DNA of 64,000 nt from a virus (Duplodnaviria; Caudoviricetes): the IMG/VR virus record IMGVR_UViG_3300024284_000007, positions 1 through 64,000 of that record; one strand, given 5' to 3'. This document shows positions 10,889 through 20,065 of the stretch, one piece after another (within the stretch, counting starts at the first letter, position 1; each line of letters opens with the position of its first letter). The position numbers and the translations under genes are program-made. Below the pieces are notes generated by a model that made no database searches, was not told the DNA's origin, and saw only the letters and a program-made list of their open reading frames with translations.

Positions 10889-11767
10889 CTAAGAACCTCC
10901 GCCAGCATCCCCATCTGCCTGAGCAGTGCTATCGCTGCCGGGAAAGGAAAGCTCATTGCTCCTACGGAGAAGGTACTTCTCCAGGATCATCTTCTCCCGG
11001 GTCAGCTTGCCTTCTTTGTTCTCCGGGACGGAAATCTGCGTCTTGAGGAACCCCATCTCCCCGGCGAGCTTCCAGGTACTGCGGAGCTTCTCGACGGTAT
11101 CGACGTCAAAGGCATCCTGCGCGAGGACCTGGACGGTGATCTCCGCGCTCTCGCGAGGCTCCTCCTTCTTCGTGGCGGGCTTCCTCGGGACAACCCTGAC
11201 CGGCTCGGGAGCGAACTCGGGCTCGTTCTCCTCTTCCACCTTGATCACGTCGTCGGTGTCGGCGGGCTGGTCGTTGCCGACCAGGGTCCACCTGACGATG
11301 GCATCCATCGAGCCCTTGTTGTACAGGCTCAGCCCGAACTGGTCGCCGAGGTTAATCGCCGCCCGTCGCAGGGCGTAGGTCTCGGAGTTGGTGACGGCGT
11401 TGCCGTGGGCATCCCCCTGGACGGGGTGAGTGGACTCCCCGACGTGGGAGCCATCGTGGAAGCACAGGTGAGATCCGTCAGGGCTGCGCACGGTGAGCCG
11501 CACGGTGGAGCGGTACAGGACGTAGTAAGCGTCGCTGCCGCCCTTGGTCTTGACCTGCCGCTCGCAGAGGAGGTCCTGGCGGAGCAGCTCCTGGTCCCAC
11601 CTGCCGAACCCGAAGACGCGGTTCAGCTCCGCCCGGATGTCATGCCCGGCGACGTACGCCATGTTCTTGAGGCTGAGCACTCTTTGCGGGTGAATGGGCT
11701 TGAGGAGAAGGGCGACCTGCTCGGCGGAAAGGTAATTCCGGGCAGCGTCATCGACAATATACGCCAT
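10889..11767 (-). CDS. Rad52/Rad22-family (Sak) ssDNA-annealing protein
   Basis: YVAGHDIRAELNRVFGFGRW, AVTNSETYALRRAAINLGDQFGLSLY. Confidence 0.85.
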   Translation of the reverse strand: MAYIVDDAARNYLSAEQVALLLKPIHPQRVLSLKNMAYVAGHDIRAELNRVFGFGRWDQELLRQDLLCERQVKTKGGSDAYYVLYRSTVRLTVRSPDGSHLCFHDGSHVGESTHPVQGDAHGNAVTNSETYALRRAAINLGDQFGLSLYNKGSMDAIVRWTLVGNDQPADTDDVIKVEEENEPEFAPEPVRVVPRKPATKKEEPRESAEITVQVLAQDAFDVDTVEKLRSTWKLAGEMGFLKTQISVPENKEGKLTREKMILEKYLLRRSNELSFPGSDSTAQADGDAGGGS

Positions 11768-11884
11768 GGGCTCTCCTGCCTGGGAAGTGTCCCGGAAGGG
11801 ACGGATCTCTCCAGGATAACACCGATGTAATTCACCCGCCAGCTCCTGACCGGCGTGTCGGCGAGGGTTCTGACCTGCGAAAAC

Positions 11885-11921
11885 AAAACAGGACAGCCTC
11901 CATCAAAGGCTGTCCTGTTTT
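11885..11921. terminator. Intrinsic terminator-like hairpin
   Basis: AAAACAGGACAGCCT-N7-AGGCTGTCCTGTTTT. Confidence 0.7.
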
Positions 11922-11930
11922 ACCTGGAAG

Positions 11931-12167
11931 TCAGGCGGGACTCGGGAGGTTCACTTTCGAATGATCAATGTAGTCGATCCGCATGCCACACCACGACCCG
12001 GAGCGGATGGTCCGGGTATGACTGGGGTAATCCCCCCGGTACTCGATGACCTCGCAGTAGTCGCACCAGCCGCCCGAAGGTCCGACCGGGTTCATCACCC
12101 GGTGGCAGGAGAAGCAGGGAATGACCTCCTGTTCCGGCATTGCGGGCAGTTTTCTCCTAGGTGCCAT
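11931..12167 (-). CDS. Small Zn-ribbon hypothetical protein
   Basis: CFSC...CDYC; follows whiB. Confidence 0.55.
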   Translation of the reverse strand: MAPRRKLPAMPEQEVIPCFSCHRVMNPVGPSGGWCDYCEVIEYRGDYPSHTRTIRSGSWCGMRIDYIDHSKVNLPSPA

Positions 12168-12168
12168 T

Positions 12169-12366
12169 TTACACCTTCCTGCGTTCTCGTGCGGGGAGCC
12201 CGCCGAAGATCCCGTGTGCTTCGTTAAACTTCAGGGCCTGCTCCAGGCAGTCATCTCTCACTGCGCATCCGGCGCATATCCTTGTCGCCATGTCCTCGTC
12301 TTCCTTCCGTTCGGGGAAGAAAATCTCTGTGTCAATTCCCAGGCATGCCGCGTCATTAGTCCACAT
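12169..12366 (-). CDS. whiB: WhiB-family Fe-S transcription factor
   Basis: W...AAC....FFP...CxxCxVxxxC...GIFGG...ERR. Confidence 0.92.
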   Translation of the reverse strand: MWTNDAACLGIDTEIFFPERKEDEDMATRICAGCAVRDDCLEQALKFNEAHGIFGGLPARERRKV

Positions 12367-12417
12367 GATTCAATAGTAATATCAGGAGTGCTTCCTGTCG
12401 GGACGTGACACGCCTTG

Positions 12418-12630
12418 TCAGGAAGCTTCCTCGCCGAAAGGGGAGCGGACGATGGCGGTGATTGTTTCCGGGGGCAGCTTCCGGGTCAGCAGCATCCCGG
12501 TCACCAGGTCCACCGCCTCCTCCATGGTGGACACCTCGTTCAGCAGCAGGACCACGGCTTCGATGTCGTTCGCCAGCCAGTGGCTGGTCAGGACGGCTGC
12601 GGCACGGATGCAGGGCTCGCTGACGTTCAA
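12418..12630 (-). CDS. Hypothetical protein
   Basis: 70-aa ORF in the divergence region. Confidence 0.5.
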   Translation of the reverse strand: MNVSEPCIRAAAVLTSHWLANDIEAVVLLLNEVSTMEEAVDLVTGMLLTRKLPPETITAIVRSPFGEEAS

Positions 12631-12793
12631 GGTGCTCCCCGGGGGCTCGGCGCTCAGGGGACTGACTGTAAGGGTCAGCCGAGGCGGGGCGCAACCTGCT
12701 GTCCAGGAAATTTTCCCCGGCCTGCCGGGCGTGTCCAGGCGGGAAATGACAGGAAGCTGCTGCTAGCATTAAACGGAGAACAGAAGGAGAGTT

Positions 12794-13417
12794 TTGGACA
12801 GCAACGTGACACTGCCCCCGATCCCCCCGGACATGGAGCATCATCAGCTCTCCGAGGCTGATTTCTGGGGGAAACTCCTGGCAGAAGCAGATACCGATAA
12901 CGGGCGCAATCCCCGGTGGGCAGAACTTCAGCTCTACGCCATCATCGACACCAATCCCGCGCATGCTTCCTACGGGAAGCAGATGTGGCTGCTCTATACC
13001 ACCGGGCATTCCCTGGTCTACCATGCCCTCGACGGCTGCGGGCTGGGCATCATGGCGAAAGGGGAGGAGTTTCCCTATCTCACCATCGAGAGCGTCGATG
13101 ACCTGGTTCCGTGCCCCGACTGCCATCCGGGAACCTGGGAGGAGAGCCGGGAGTACAGCCTGGAGGTAGCCCGGCACACCTCGATCCCCTGCCAGGGCGC
13201 GGGGAAAGTGATCCGCTCCTTGTGCCGCGAGCCCCGCTGCGAGACCTGCAAGCACTTCTCCCACGCGGACCGCGAATGCGGGCGCTGCGGCTGCGGCGAT
13301 TACGTCGCGGAGCAGCCCACCCTGTCCGGTCCGGGCAGGCAGCTGGTGGAGAAAGCACGTCGTCTCGATCCTGAGATCGACAGGGCGGCAACGGAGATGC
13401 TGGTCAGGAGGTTCTGA
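12794..13417 (+). CDS. Hypothetical protein with several CxxC motifs
   Basis: First gene of the rightward operon, coupled to the next gene. Confidence 0.65.
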   Translation: MDSNVTLPPIPPDMEHHQLSEADFWGKLLAEADTDNGRNPRWAELQLYAIIDTNPAHASYGKQMWLLYTTGHSLVYHALDGCGLGIMAKGEEFPYLTIESVDDLVPCPDCHPGTWEESREYSLEVARHTSIPCQGAGKVIRSLCREPRCETCKHFSHADRECGRCGCGDYVAEQPTLSGPGRQLVEKARRLDPEIDRAATEMLVRRF

Positions 13418-14163
13418 TGGGAAACGTCCCGAACATCCTCCTGCGCGGGATCACCGGCTCGGTTGCCTACGGGCTGAACACCCCGGAATCTGACGTGGAC
13501 CGGCAGGGGGTCTTCGCGGTGCCCACGGAGAAACTGCTGGGGCTGCACCCTCCCGCGCAGACCATCGACGGGCATGACCCGGACATCACCTGCCACGACG
13601 CGGGCAAGTTCCTGTCCCTCGCACTCAAGGCGAATCCCACGATCCTGGAGCTGCTGTGGCTCCCGGAAGACCTCTACGAGATCAGGACCCCCCTCGGAGA
13701 TAAGCTCATCGGGATCAGGCAGTGCTTCCTGTCCCGCAAGATGGTCCGCAACGCCTATCTGGGCTACGCGACCCAGCAGTTCAAGCGCCTGGAAAGCCGT
13801 GGCGACGGGACGTTCTCCTCTGATCTCCGCAAGCGCACGGCAAAGCATGCCCGTCATCTCGCCCGGCTGCTGACCCAGGGATGGCAGCTGTATTCCACGG
13901 GGACTTTCTCCGTCCGCCTGGATGACCCGGAGTGGTACCGCCAGTTCGGGGAGGATGTGGCTGCCGGAGACCTCACCCGCGCGAGGGCGCTGATCGCAAG
14001 TACTGAGAACAGCATGGACATGACCACTTCCCCGCTCCCGGAGAAGCCCCATGAGGAGCAGGCGGAAGAATGGCTGAGGAAGGTACGGCAGGTTTACTAT
14101 CATCCCGTCTGCGGCAGATGCGGCACTGCGGGATGCCTCGAAGACAAGGCGCTGGACTGGTGA
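13417..14163 (+). CDS. RlaP/YcgL-type DNA polymerase-beta-superfamily nucleotidyltransferase
   Basis: GSVAYGLNTPESDVDRQGVF, KANPTILELLW, KHARHLARLL. Confidence 0.85.
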   Translation: MGNVPNILLRGITGSVAYGLNTPESDVDRQGVFAVPTEKLLGLHPPAQTIDGHDPDITCHDAGKFLSLALKANPTILELLWLPEDLYEIRTPLGDKLIGIRQCFLSRKMVRNAYLGYATQQFKRLESRGDGTFSSDLRKRTAKHARHLARLLTQGWQLYSTGTFSVRLDDPEWYRQFGEDVAAGDLTRARALIASTENSMDMTTSPLPEKPHEEQAEEWLRKVRQVYYHPVCGRCGTAGCLEDKALDW

Positions 14164-14597
14164 TGACGAAGCTGTGGATTTTCGACGTGGACGGGACGCT
14201 TGCCCTCATGGACGGGCGCAAGCCCTATGACTGGTCCCGGGTCAGCGAGGACAAGCCGAATATCCCGGTGCTGACAGTAGCCGCTGCACTGATCATGGAC
14301 GGGCACGAGCTGGGATTCGTCACCGGGCGGATGGAGCAGTGCCGTGACGATACCCGGGACTGGCTCTCGGATAACATCGACGTGCACTCTCCCTGGCTGG
14401 ACCGGCACCTGAAGCGGCTGTGGATGCGCCCCGACGACGACTACCGCCCCGACGAGATCATCAAGCGGGAACTTTACGAGACTCAGATCGCCCCGCATTA
14501 CGACGTCCAGGGCGTCTTCGATGACCGGGCTAAGGTCGTGAAGGGATGGAGGACCCTGGGGCTTACGTGCTTCCAGGTCGCGGAGGGAGATTTCTGA
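14163..14597 (+). CDS. HAD phosphatase resembling the Pnkp (PseT) 3'-phosphatase domain
   Basis: FDVDGTLA, FVTGR, LWMRP.DDYRPD..IK, VFDDR..VV..WR.LGL.CFQV. Confidence 0.88.
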   Translation: MTKLWIFDVDGTLALMDGRKPYDWSRVSEDKPNIPVLTVAAALIMDGHELGFVTGRMEQCRDDTRDWLSDNIDVHSPWLDRHLKRLWMRPDDDYRPDEIIKRELYETQIAPHYDVQGVFDDRAKVVKGWRTLGLTCFQVAEGDF

Positions 14598-14766
14598 TGG
14601 ACCAGTCCGATCCGTTCCGGGACTGGCTGGAAGAAACTGATCACGGGGACCTGGATTTCTCCGGGGAGACTTTCACCCTGGAGCACGTGGAAGCCGCGTT
14701 CTATGCAGGAGAGCAGGCTGGTTTCGAGCGGGCGACTGACTATTACGGCAGGGGCGGGTTCTTCAA

Positions 14767-15402
14767 GTGAGGTCCTGGGAGCAGGCTAACCCGGAGGTCA
14801 TGAAATGCATCGAGAAGATGCACGCGGACATGCGGGCTGTTTACGGGATTCTCACGCCGATCCTGGAAGTAAGCGAACTGAAGGAAGCGAAGAAGATGGA
14901 TATAGGACCGCTGACGGTTGCATACAGGCAGGATTTTCCTCCGAAGGGCAAGACGTTGCTGAGCAAGCCGCATCCGCAGGAATGCATCTGCCCTAAGTGC
15001 ACAGCGAAGACCGGGGTTGTCTCCACGGTCCGGCGGATCGGGGACTCCGAGCGGGATGCCTGCCTTGCCCTGCTGCAGGAGCGTCATGTCAGCGGGCACA
15101 TCACTCTCGAAGAGTTCGAGTCTCGCAAGGACAAGGCGCTGGCGGCAAGGACGCAGCCGGAGCTGGACTACCTGACCCAGGACCTGCCTCGCATCCCGGA
15201 GAAGACCGTCCGCCCGGAGCCGCCTCCGGGCAGGGGGGCAGCTGTCGTCGTGTGGGTCGCGAACGTGGTGATGATCGCCTTCCCGCTGATGTCGGCGATA
15301 ACGGTAAGCTTTCACGGATCGCCAGCGGCAGCCATAGCGCTGGCGATCATCGCAGCAGTCGCCGGGGTGCTCGTGACCGTGCTGAGAGACGTCCGGAGCT
15401 GA
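14767..15402 (+). CDS. DUF1707 (SHOCT-like) membrane protein
   Basis: RIGDSERD...L......GHITLEEFESR.DKALAART..EL..L..DLP plus two C-terminal TM segments. Confidence 0.75.
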   Translation: MRSWEQANPEVMKCIEKMHADMRAVYGILTPILEVSELKEAKKMDIGPLTVAYRQDFPPKGKTLLSKPHPQECICPKCTAKTGVVSTVRRIGDSERDACLALLQERHVSGHITLEEFESRKDKALAARTQPELDYLTQDLPRIPEKTVRPEPPPGRGAAVVVWVANVVMIAFPLMSAITVSFHGSPAAAIALAIIAAVAGVLVTVLRDVRS

Positions 15403-15415
15403 TCCGCAGAACCGC

Positions 15416-15444
15416 TTGACGGCACCCCCAGGGGCTACTAGGTT
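15416..15444 (+). promoter_or_regulatory. sigma70/HrdB-type promoter
   Basis: TTGACG-17-TAGGTT upstream of the secreted-protein genes. Confidence 0.7.
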
Positions 15445-15551
15445 CATCCCTGCCGGAAAGTTAAGAACTGGTTCAGCAGGTCACCGGCTGTTCGTGGTAA
15501 CCTGGGCAGGTTAATCAGGTTACTCATTATACCTTCTCGTGAAAGGCACGT

Positions 15552-16319
15552 ATGTCCATCAAGAGCAAGCTATTCGCGGGAGCGGCAGCACTTGCCCTCG
15601 CGGGTGCCGTCAGCGCGGCTGGCGGTCTCACCGCCAGCGCCGCGACCCCGAGCTGCGGTTCTTTCTGTCCCGACGTCTTCAGCCGGGAGTTCGGCACGCA
15701 CCGCACTCCCAATTACGTGCTGGACGTGAAGCAGCAGGGTGCCCGCGTCGGTCAGCCGATCATCCTGTGGCGGACCAGCAATTCCGACCCCGCCGAGGAC
15801 TTCACGGCTGACTTCAGCGGCACGACGACCGCTGACTTCTACGCCGCCGGGCTGGTGCTGCCGCAGGTCGCGCTGCATTACGGCTGCGTCGCCGGGGTGA
15901 ACTTCCCGAACTGCGGCTTCAACGGCACCGATGACTTCGCCACGGAGATCGAGTACTCGCCGTACGGAGTGGGCTCCGGGCTCTGCGTGGGCCTTGCCAG
16001 CACTGCCGTCTCCGGCGAGGGCGTCACGCTGCAGCCGTGCGGGGTCAGCTCGAAGACCGTCTGGATCGTGGACACCAACGATTCCCCGTCCACAATCGGT
16101 CACGGCTACGTGCCACTGATCAACGGCTCCGACACGAACTTCTCGCACCCGTTCGTGCTCGATTACCCGCACAACAGCTTCCCGACCGATAATCCCCGGG
16201 CGCAGCTGTTCGTGAACAACCTGACCGGGTTCAGCCAGGGCAACCTGCCCCTGGGGACCCCGGTCGGCAACGTGAGGGACAGTCAGCTGTGGGGTGCCGA
16301 CTTCGGCATTCTCCGCTAG
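15552..16319 (+). CDS. Secreted ricin-B/beta-trefoil-like protein
   Basis: Sec signal peptide (MSIKSK...ASA), LDVKQQG..VGQPIILW and LCVG...VTLQPCG....VWI repeats. Confidence 0.6.
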   Translation: MSIKSKLFAGAAALALAGAVSAAGGLTASAATPSCGSFCPDVFSREFGTHRTPNYVLDVKQQGARVGQPIILWRTSNSDPAEDFTADFSGTTTADFYAAGLVLPQVALHYGCVAGVNFPNCGFNGTDDFATEIEYSPYGVGSGLCVGLASTAVSGEGVTLQPCGVSSKTVWIVDTNDSPSTIGHGYVPLINGSDTNFSHPFVLDYPHNSFPTDNPRAQLFVNNLTGFSQGNLPLGTPVGNVRDSQLWGADFGILR

Positions 16320-16327
16320 GACCTGCA

Positions 16328-16360
16328 GGCAGCCCCCGGGAACTCTCCCCGGGGGCTGCC
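16328..16360 (+). terminator. 13-bp hairpin after the lectin gene
   Basis: GGCAGCCCCCGGG/CCCGGGGGCTGCC. Confidence 0.6.
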
Positions 16361-16367
16361 TCACGGT

Positions 16368-16397
16368 TTGACAGTGCCTGGATCATGCATGTATGGT
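16368..16397 (+). promoter_or_regulatory. sigma70-type promoter
   Basis: TTGACA-18-TATGGT. Confidence 0.65.
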
Positions 16398-16426
16398 TCA
16401 GGCACCATCTAATGGAAGGAAACACC

Positions 16427-16723
16427 ATGAAGCTGAAGAACATCCTGCAGGCGCTGGCTCCCGTCGCGGTCGGTGCCGCAATGGCGGTCGGGGTAAACGC
16501 CCTGCCCGCCGCCGCGAGCACCCAGCTCACCGCCACCGTGCAGGCCCCGAACCGGATCCTGATCTCGCACGCCCTGCACCGCAACGAGAAGATCACCGTC
16601 GCGGGCTTCCCGGAGGTGGTCACCAGCGTGCAGAACAACGGCGGCGGCACCGTGGCGTGGCTGCAGGTCGCCCTGCCCTCCACCGCCCGGGTTCTGTCCC
16701 CGGTCGCTGTCACCCTCAGTTAG
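16427..16723 (+). CDS. Small secreted protein
   Basis: Signal peptide MKLKNILQALAPVAVGAAMAVGVNALPAAA. Confidence 0.65.
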   Translation: MKLKNILQALAPVAVGAAMAVGVNALPAAASTQLTATVQAPNRILISHALHRNEKITVAGFPEVVTSVQNNGGGTVAWLQVALPSTARVLSPVAVTLS

Positions 16724-16729
16724 GACACC

Positions 16730-17305
16730 ATGAAGCGCACTCTCAGCGCATTCGCGCTGACGGCAACGGCGGTTCTCGCGGCTGCCCTCCCCGCGAGCGC
16801 CAGCGTCCATCACGGGACGTTCGGCAATGCCACTACCATCCTCAAGAACCGCCCCGACAGCGGCAACTACAGCCCGCAGTGGGCAACGGACCAGATCCAG
16901 CGCACCACCAGGGTTACCTCCGATGGCGGGAGCACCTGGACGGTCACCATCACCGACGAGGGTTCCTTTGCGACCATCCCGGGAGGCATCAGCCCCAACG
17001 ACCTGGGCGTCACCCTGACCAGCAGCGTCAAGATGGGCTCCTCTGCGACGATCGCGGGCAGTGACACGTTCACCGTCGTGGCGACGTCAGAGCCCGACCT
17101 GAGCGCCGTCAACGGCAAGACCTTCACCGGCTCCAGCCCGGCTACCTCATCGTGGCCTGAGCTGATCTTCGGCGCGGGGAACGTCATCAGCTCCGTGCAG
17201 GATCCGTGGGGCTGGACGTACCGGCTGAAGTGCCCCTTCCAGGCGGCTGTCCAGACCTGGGTTGACGCCTCCACGGGAAGCACCGGCAACATCTCCGGCT
17301 GCTAG
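16730..17305 (+). CDS. Secreted Ser/Thr-rich beta protein
   Basis: Signal peptide MKRTLSAFALTATAVLAAALPASA. Confidence 0.7.
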   Translation: MKRTLSAFALTATAVLAAALPASASVHHGTFGNATTILKNRPDSGNYSPQWATDQIQRTTRVTSDGGSTWTVTITDEGSFATIPGGISPNDLGVTLTSSVKMGSSATIAGSDTFTVVATSEPDLSAVNGKTFTGSSPATSSWPELIFGAGNVISSVQDPWGWTYRLKCPFQAAVQTWVDASTGSTGNISGC

Positions 17306-17367
17306 AAGCTGCCGCCCGGGGCGCTCCCACACGCTCTCGCCCCGGGCGGTTCCCCTGAAGGGAATGA

Positions 17368-17886
17368 ATGGCAGGCTACATAGGGCTTGCCGCAATCGCC
17401 GGGATCATCTGGCTCCTCCTGAAGGCGGGGAAGAAGAAAAAGGTCACCAGGAAGAAAGGGTTCCTGGGTCCGGTCATCGTCTTGGGAGCAACCTGGTATC
17501 TCCTGTTCACCTACGTCTCGCCGGTAGCCCCCGGTCACGCTGTCCTCGATAAGACCGTGGGTGGCATCGTCCACGGCGGGGACCTGTCCTGCGCCCAGCT
17601 GGAGAACCTGTGGATCAGGGCAGGAGGAAGGCGTTCTGCCGCTTTCATGGCAGCTGAGATCGCCAGGGCGGAATCCGGGGGACGTCAGTATGCCCGGGAT
17701 CCCGCGTCAGGCTACTACGCTGACGGGAATGTGGATATCGGGTACTGGCAGGTGAACACGGTCCACGGGAATATCCCGTATGACCCCGTAGGAAATGCGC
17801 AAGCTGCTATAAGGGTATCGAACAACGGCTCGGACTGGACGCCCTGGGTGACATACAACAAGGGTGCCGAAGTCGGGCAGTGCTGA
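17368..17886 (+). CDS. Membrane-anchored lysozyme-like lytic transglycosylase (SLT-type)
   Basis: SCAQLENLWIRAGG...AAEIARAESGG, DIGYWQVN, NAQAAI.VSNNGSDWTPWVTY; N-terminal TM segments. Confidence 0.85.
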   Translation: MAGYIGLAAIAGIIWLLLKAGKKKKVTRKKGFLGPVIVLGATWYLLFTYVSPVAPGHAVLDKTVGGIVHGGDLSCAQLENLWIRAGGRRSAAFMAAEIARAESGGRQYARDPASGYYADGNVDIGYWQVNTVHGNIPYDPVGNAQAAIRVSNNGSDWTPWVTYNKGAEVGQC

Positions 17887-17901
17887 TAAGGGAGAAGGGA
17901 T

Positions 17902-18312
17902 ATGCATTTTCTCGCGTTTAACGCGCTTCACATGGTCCACGCCGCCCACCCGGGCACGTTCAAGATCTTCGGGTGGACCGCCCCCGCCCTGCTAGGGCAG
18001 GTCCTGCACTGGATCGCCAGGCTGTTCAAGATCCTGGCGATCAGCATCTCGTTCCTGCTGCTGTTCACCCGGGGATTCACCTCCACGGGAGGATGGCGGC
18101 TCATCCAGATGCTCTTCCTGGTGATCATCGGGCTGATCGGGCTGCCGAGCATCACCTCCAAGATCCAGCAGTGGCTCGGAAACATCACCAAGGGAGCCGC
18201 CATCGGGTCAACCGGCGCTTCCATCTGGATCGTGGTGATCCTGTCCGTGATCCTGGGACTGACCATCTTCTCCACGATCATCCGCAACCCCGCCCAGAGC
18301 GGTGAGGTGTGA
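17902..18312 (+). CDS. Multi-TM membrane protein
   Basis: Three hydrophobic segments. Confidence 0.65.
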   Translation: MHFLAFNALHMVHAAHPGTFKIFGWTAPALLGQVLHWIARLFKILAISISFLLLFTRGFTSTGGWRLIQMLFLVIIGLIGLPSITSKIQQWLGNITKGAAIGSTGASIWIVVILSVILGLTIFSTIIRNPAQSGEV

Positions 18313-18542
18313 GCGGGGAAGTCGGCAGGAAATCCGGCAGGCAGGTCAGCATCGGACCGGATTTCCGCAAGCTGAAGACCCCGCTGATCCTGACAGCGGC
18401 AACCGTCTTGCTGGTCATCGATGAATCCCGCTGGCATCTCCTGCGGCACGCTTTCGGCGCGTCCAGCAGCATCGTCGTGGTCGCCGTGGTCATCATCTGG
18501 ATGATCTGGGGCATCCGCAGGTACCGCAGGCGGGGGAAGTGA
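18309..18542 (+). CDS. Small membrane protein
   Basis: Two hydrophobic segments and a basic tail. Confidence 0.6.
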   Translation: MSGEVGRKSGRQVSIGPDFRKLKTPLILTAATVLLVIDESRWHLLRHAFGASSSIVVVAVVIIWMIWGIRRYRRRGK

Positions 18543-18674
18543 CATGAACCTCGCCGGGAAATGCCAGGGCGTCTTCCACTGCCATTCACTGTCTGCATGG
18601 AGCACTAACGATACGGTCGTCGCGGTGATTGTCGTAATCGTGCTGCTGGTCATTGTGGTGGCCAAAAGAGCAAG

Positions 18675-18704
18675 TTGACGTTCCCCCGCACGATGATGTA
18701 CTAT
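18675..18704 (+). promoter_or_regulatory. sigma70-type promoter heading the tRNA array
   Basis: TTGACG-18-TACTAT. Confidence 0.7.
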
Positions 18705-18881
18705 CATACGCATGACTACGCATGCCGCCATCCAGCGAGGGACCTCGCTACCGTGGCACGCGTTCAAGCAGCCTGAAGACCTCTCCGGGTAGACCTGAGG
18801 GAAAACCCGGGGAGGCTCTCCAGCAAAAACAGGAAACTGGTTGCGGGAGAGCCTTTCTCGTTGATACAACTGAAAACACAT

Positions 18882-18953
18882 GGGGGCGATGCCAACGGTA
18901 CGGTCGCCGGATTCCAACCCCGAGCTGTGAGGGTTCAACTCCTTCCGCCCCTG
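18882..18953 (+). tRNA. tRNA-Trp(CCA), imperfect anticodon stem
   Basis: GGGGGCG/CGCCCCT acceptor, G73, loop TTCCAAC, T-loop TTCAACT. Confidence 0.65.
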
Positions 18954-19070
18954 CGGAGCACCACCTCCTCGGAGGGTAATGTGCATGCGGGACAGGACTG
19001 CAAAGGACCTGTTCCATTAAAAACTGCATTGCTTTGAAACAGGCCGGGAGGTAATCTGCTCCCGGTCCAT

Positions 19071-19140
19071 GGGGACGACGCTCGGTAGCGGGCGCGCTTT
19101 GCAAGCGTTGCTGAAGTGGGGTCAGCACCCACCGTTTCCA
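19071..19140 (+). tRNA. tRNA-Ala(TGC), atypical T-loop GTCAGCA
   Basis: G3:U70, A73, loop TTTGCAA, T-stem GTGGG/CCCAC. Confidence 0.7.
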
Positions 19141-19312
19141 CGTAGTGATGATGGAAGGAAGGTAATCATGGAACGAGTCAGGGATGCCAACGGGAACAGC
19201 TTCGGCGGTGACGGCTCCTTCGGGATCACCAGCGGCATCAGACGCCCGGTTCCCCCGTGGAAGTTCGGAGTCAGCCCGGGAAGTCACAACGAAGATCGCG
19301 GCAGCATCTAGC

Positions 19313-19342
19313 TTGACAAGCCTCCAGGGGACCTGATAGGTT
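19313..19342 (+). promoter_or_regulatory. sigma70-type promoter
   Basis: TTGACA-18-TAGGTT, followed by an 11-bp leader hairpin. Confidence 0.75.
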
Positions 19343-19389
19343 TCCTGGTGCACGGTCCTGGTGCCTTCCCCGCTAACCAGGACCGTCAT

Positions 19390-19459
19390 GCCCCTGTCGT
19401 TCAAGACAGGATATCTCTGGCAAAGGAGAAGATGGGGGTACCGAATCCTCCCAGGGGCT
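19390..19459 (+). tRNA. tRNA-like gene with a Thr(GGT)-type body but an irregular anticodon loop (TGGCAAA); identity uncertain
   Basis: GCCCCTG/CAGGGGC acceptor, U73, TCTCT/GGAGA stem, 8-nt T-loop TACCGAAT. Confidence 0.55.
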
Positions 19460-19490
19460 CATTACTCCCCGCCGAGCTGGCGGGGCTTTT

Positions 19491-19561
19491 CTCCGGATCG
19501 TCTAAGCGAGGATGCCGCCCTGATAAGGCGGAGATGGCGGTACCGAATCCGTCGCCGGGGG
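19491..19561 (+). tRNA. tRNA-Ile(GAT), atypical 8-nt T-loop
   Basis: CCGCC-CTGATAA-GGCGG; T-loop TACCGAAT. Confidence 0.6.
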
Positions 19562-19566
19562 CTGAT

Positions 19567-19639
19567 GGGGCTATAGCTCAGCTGGAAGAGCACCTCCATG
19601 GCATGGAGGGGGTCCGGGGTTCGAGTCCCCGTCGCTCCA
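19567..19639 (+). tRNA. tRNA-Ala(GGC)
   Basis: Canonical host-like cloverleaf, G3:U70. Confidence 0.95.
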
Positions 19640-19779
19640 CGAAGGGGTGATGAGAATGAAGCGGAAGTCTTTCAACAGGCTCATGATGGGTGTCATGCTT
19701 GCTTTCATGCTTGGCGTGATACTGCTCTGGGCATTCTTTCCCCCGTGGCGTGTTCGCTGACAAGGGAAGTGAATGAAAG

Positions 19780-19917
19780 ATGATGATAGGGCATGTCTAC
19801 ATCAATGTCGTCTATGTCTGGGAAGCCTTTGCCATCGTGGCTGGGATACCTGCGGGGGTACTCCTCTACGCCATCAGGCGCAAGCGCCGGAAGCAGATCG
19901 GCGATTTATCATGGTGA
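19780..19917 (+). CDS. Single-TM microprotein with in-frame TTA two codons before the stop
   Basis: MMIGHVYINVVYVWEAFAIVAGIPAGVLLYAIRRKRRKQIGD-L(TTA)-SW*. Confidence 0.55.
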   Translation: MMIGHVYINVVYVWEAFAIVAGIPAGVLLYAIRRKRRKQIGDLSW

Positions 19918-20065
19918 CGTTCGTCATCATCGCAGCATTGAGTATCGCATTCATCCTCGTCATGTGGGGGATCGGGCGCAACCGAGACCGAGGAAGACGG
20001 TAATCCGCAGGTTCATCGAATGGATGAAGCTTTCTAAGCGGGACTACCGAGCCCGTGTTAAACTC

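Noticed and set aside
18882-18953. Gly(TCC) reading of the first tRNA
   Set aside because: The stem pairs better around TTCCAAC; the acceptor and G73 match Trp; a canonical Gly(TCC) exists at 20544.
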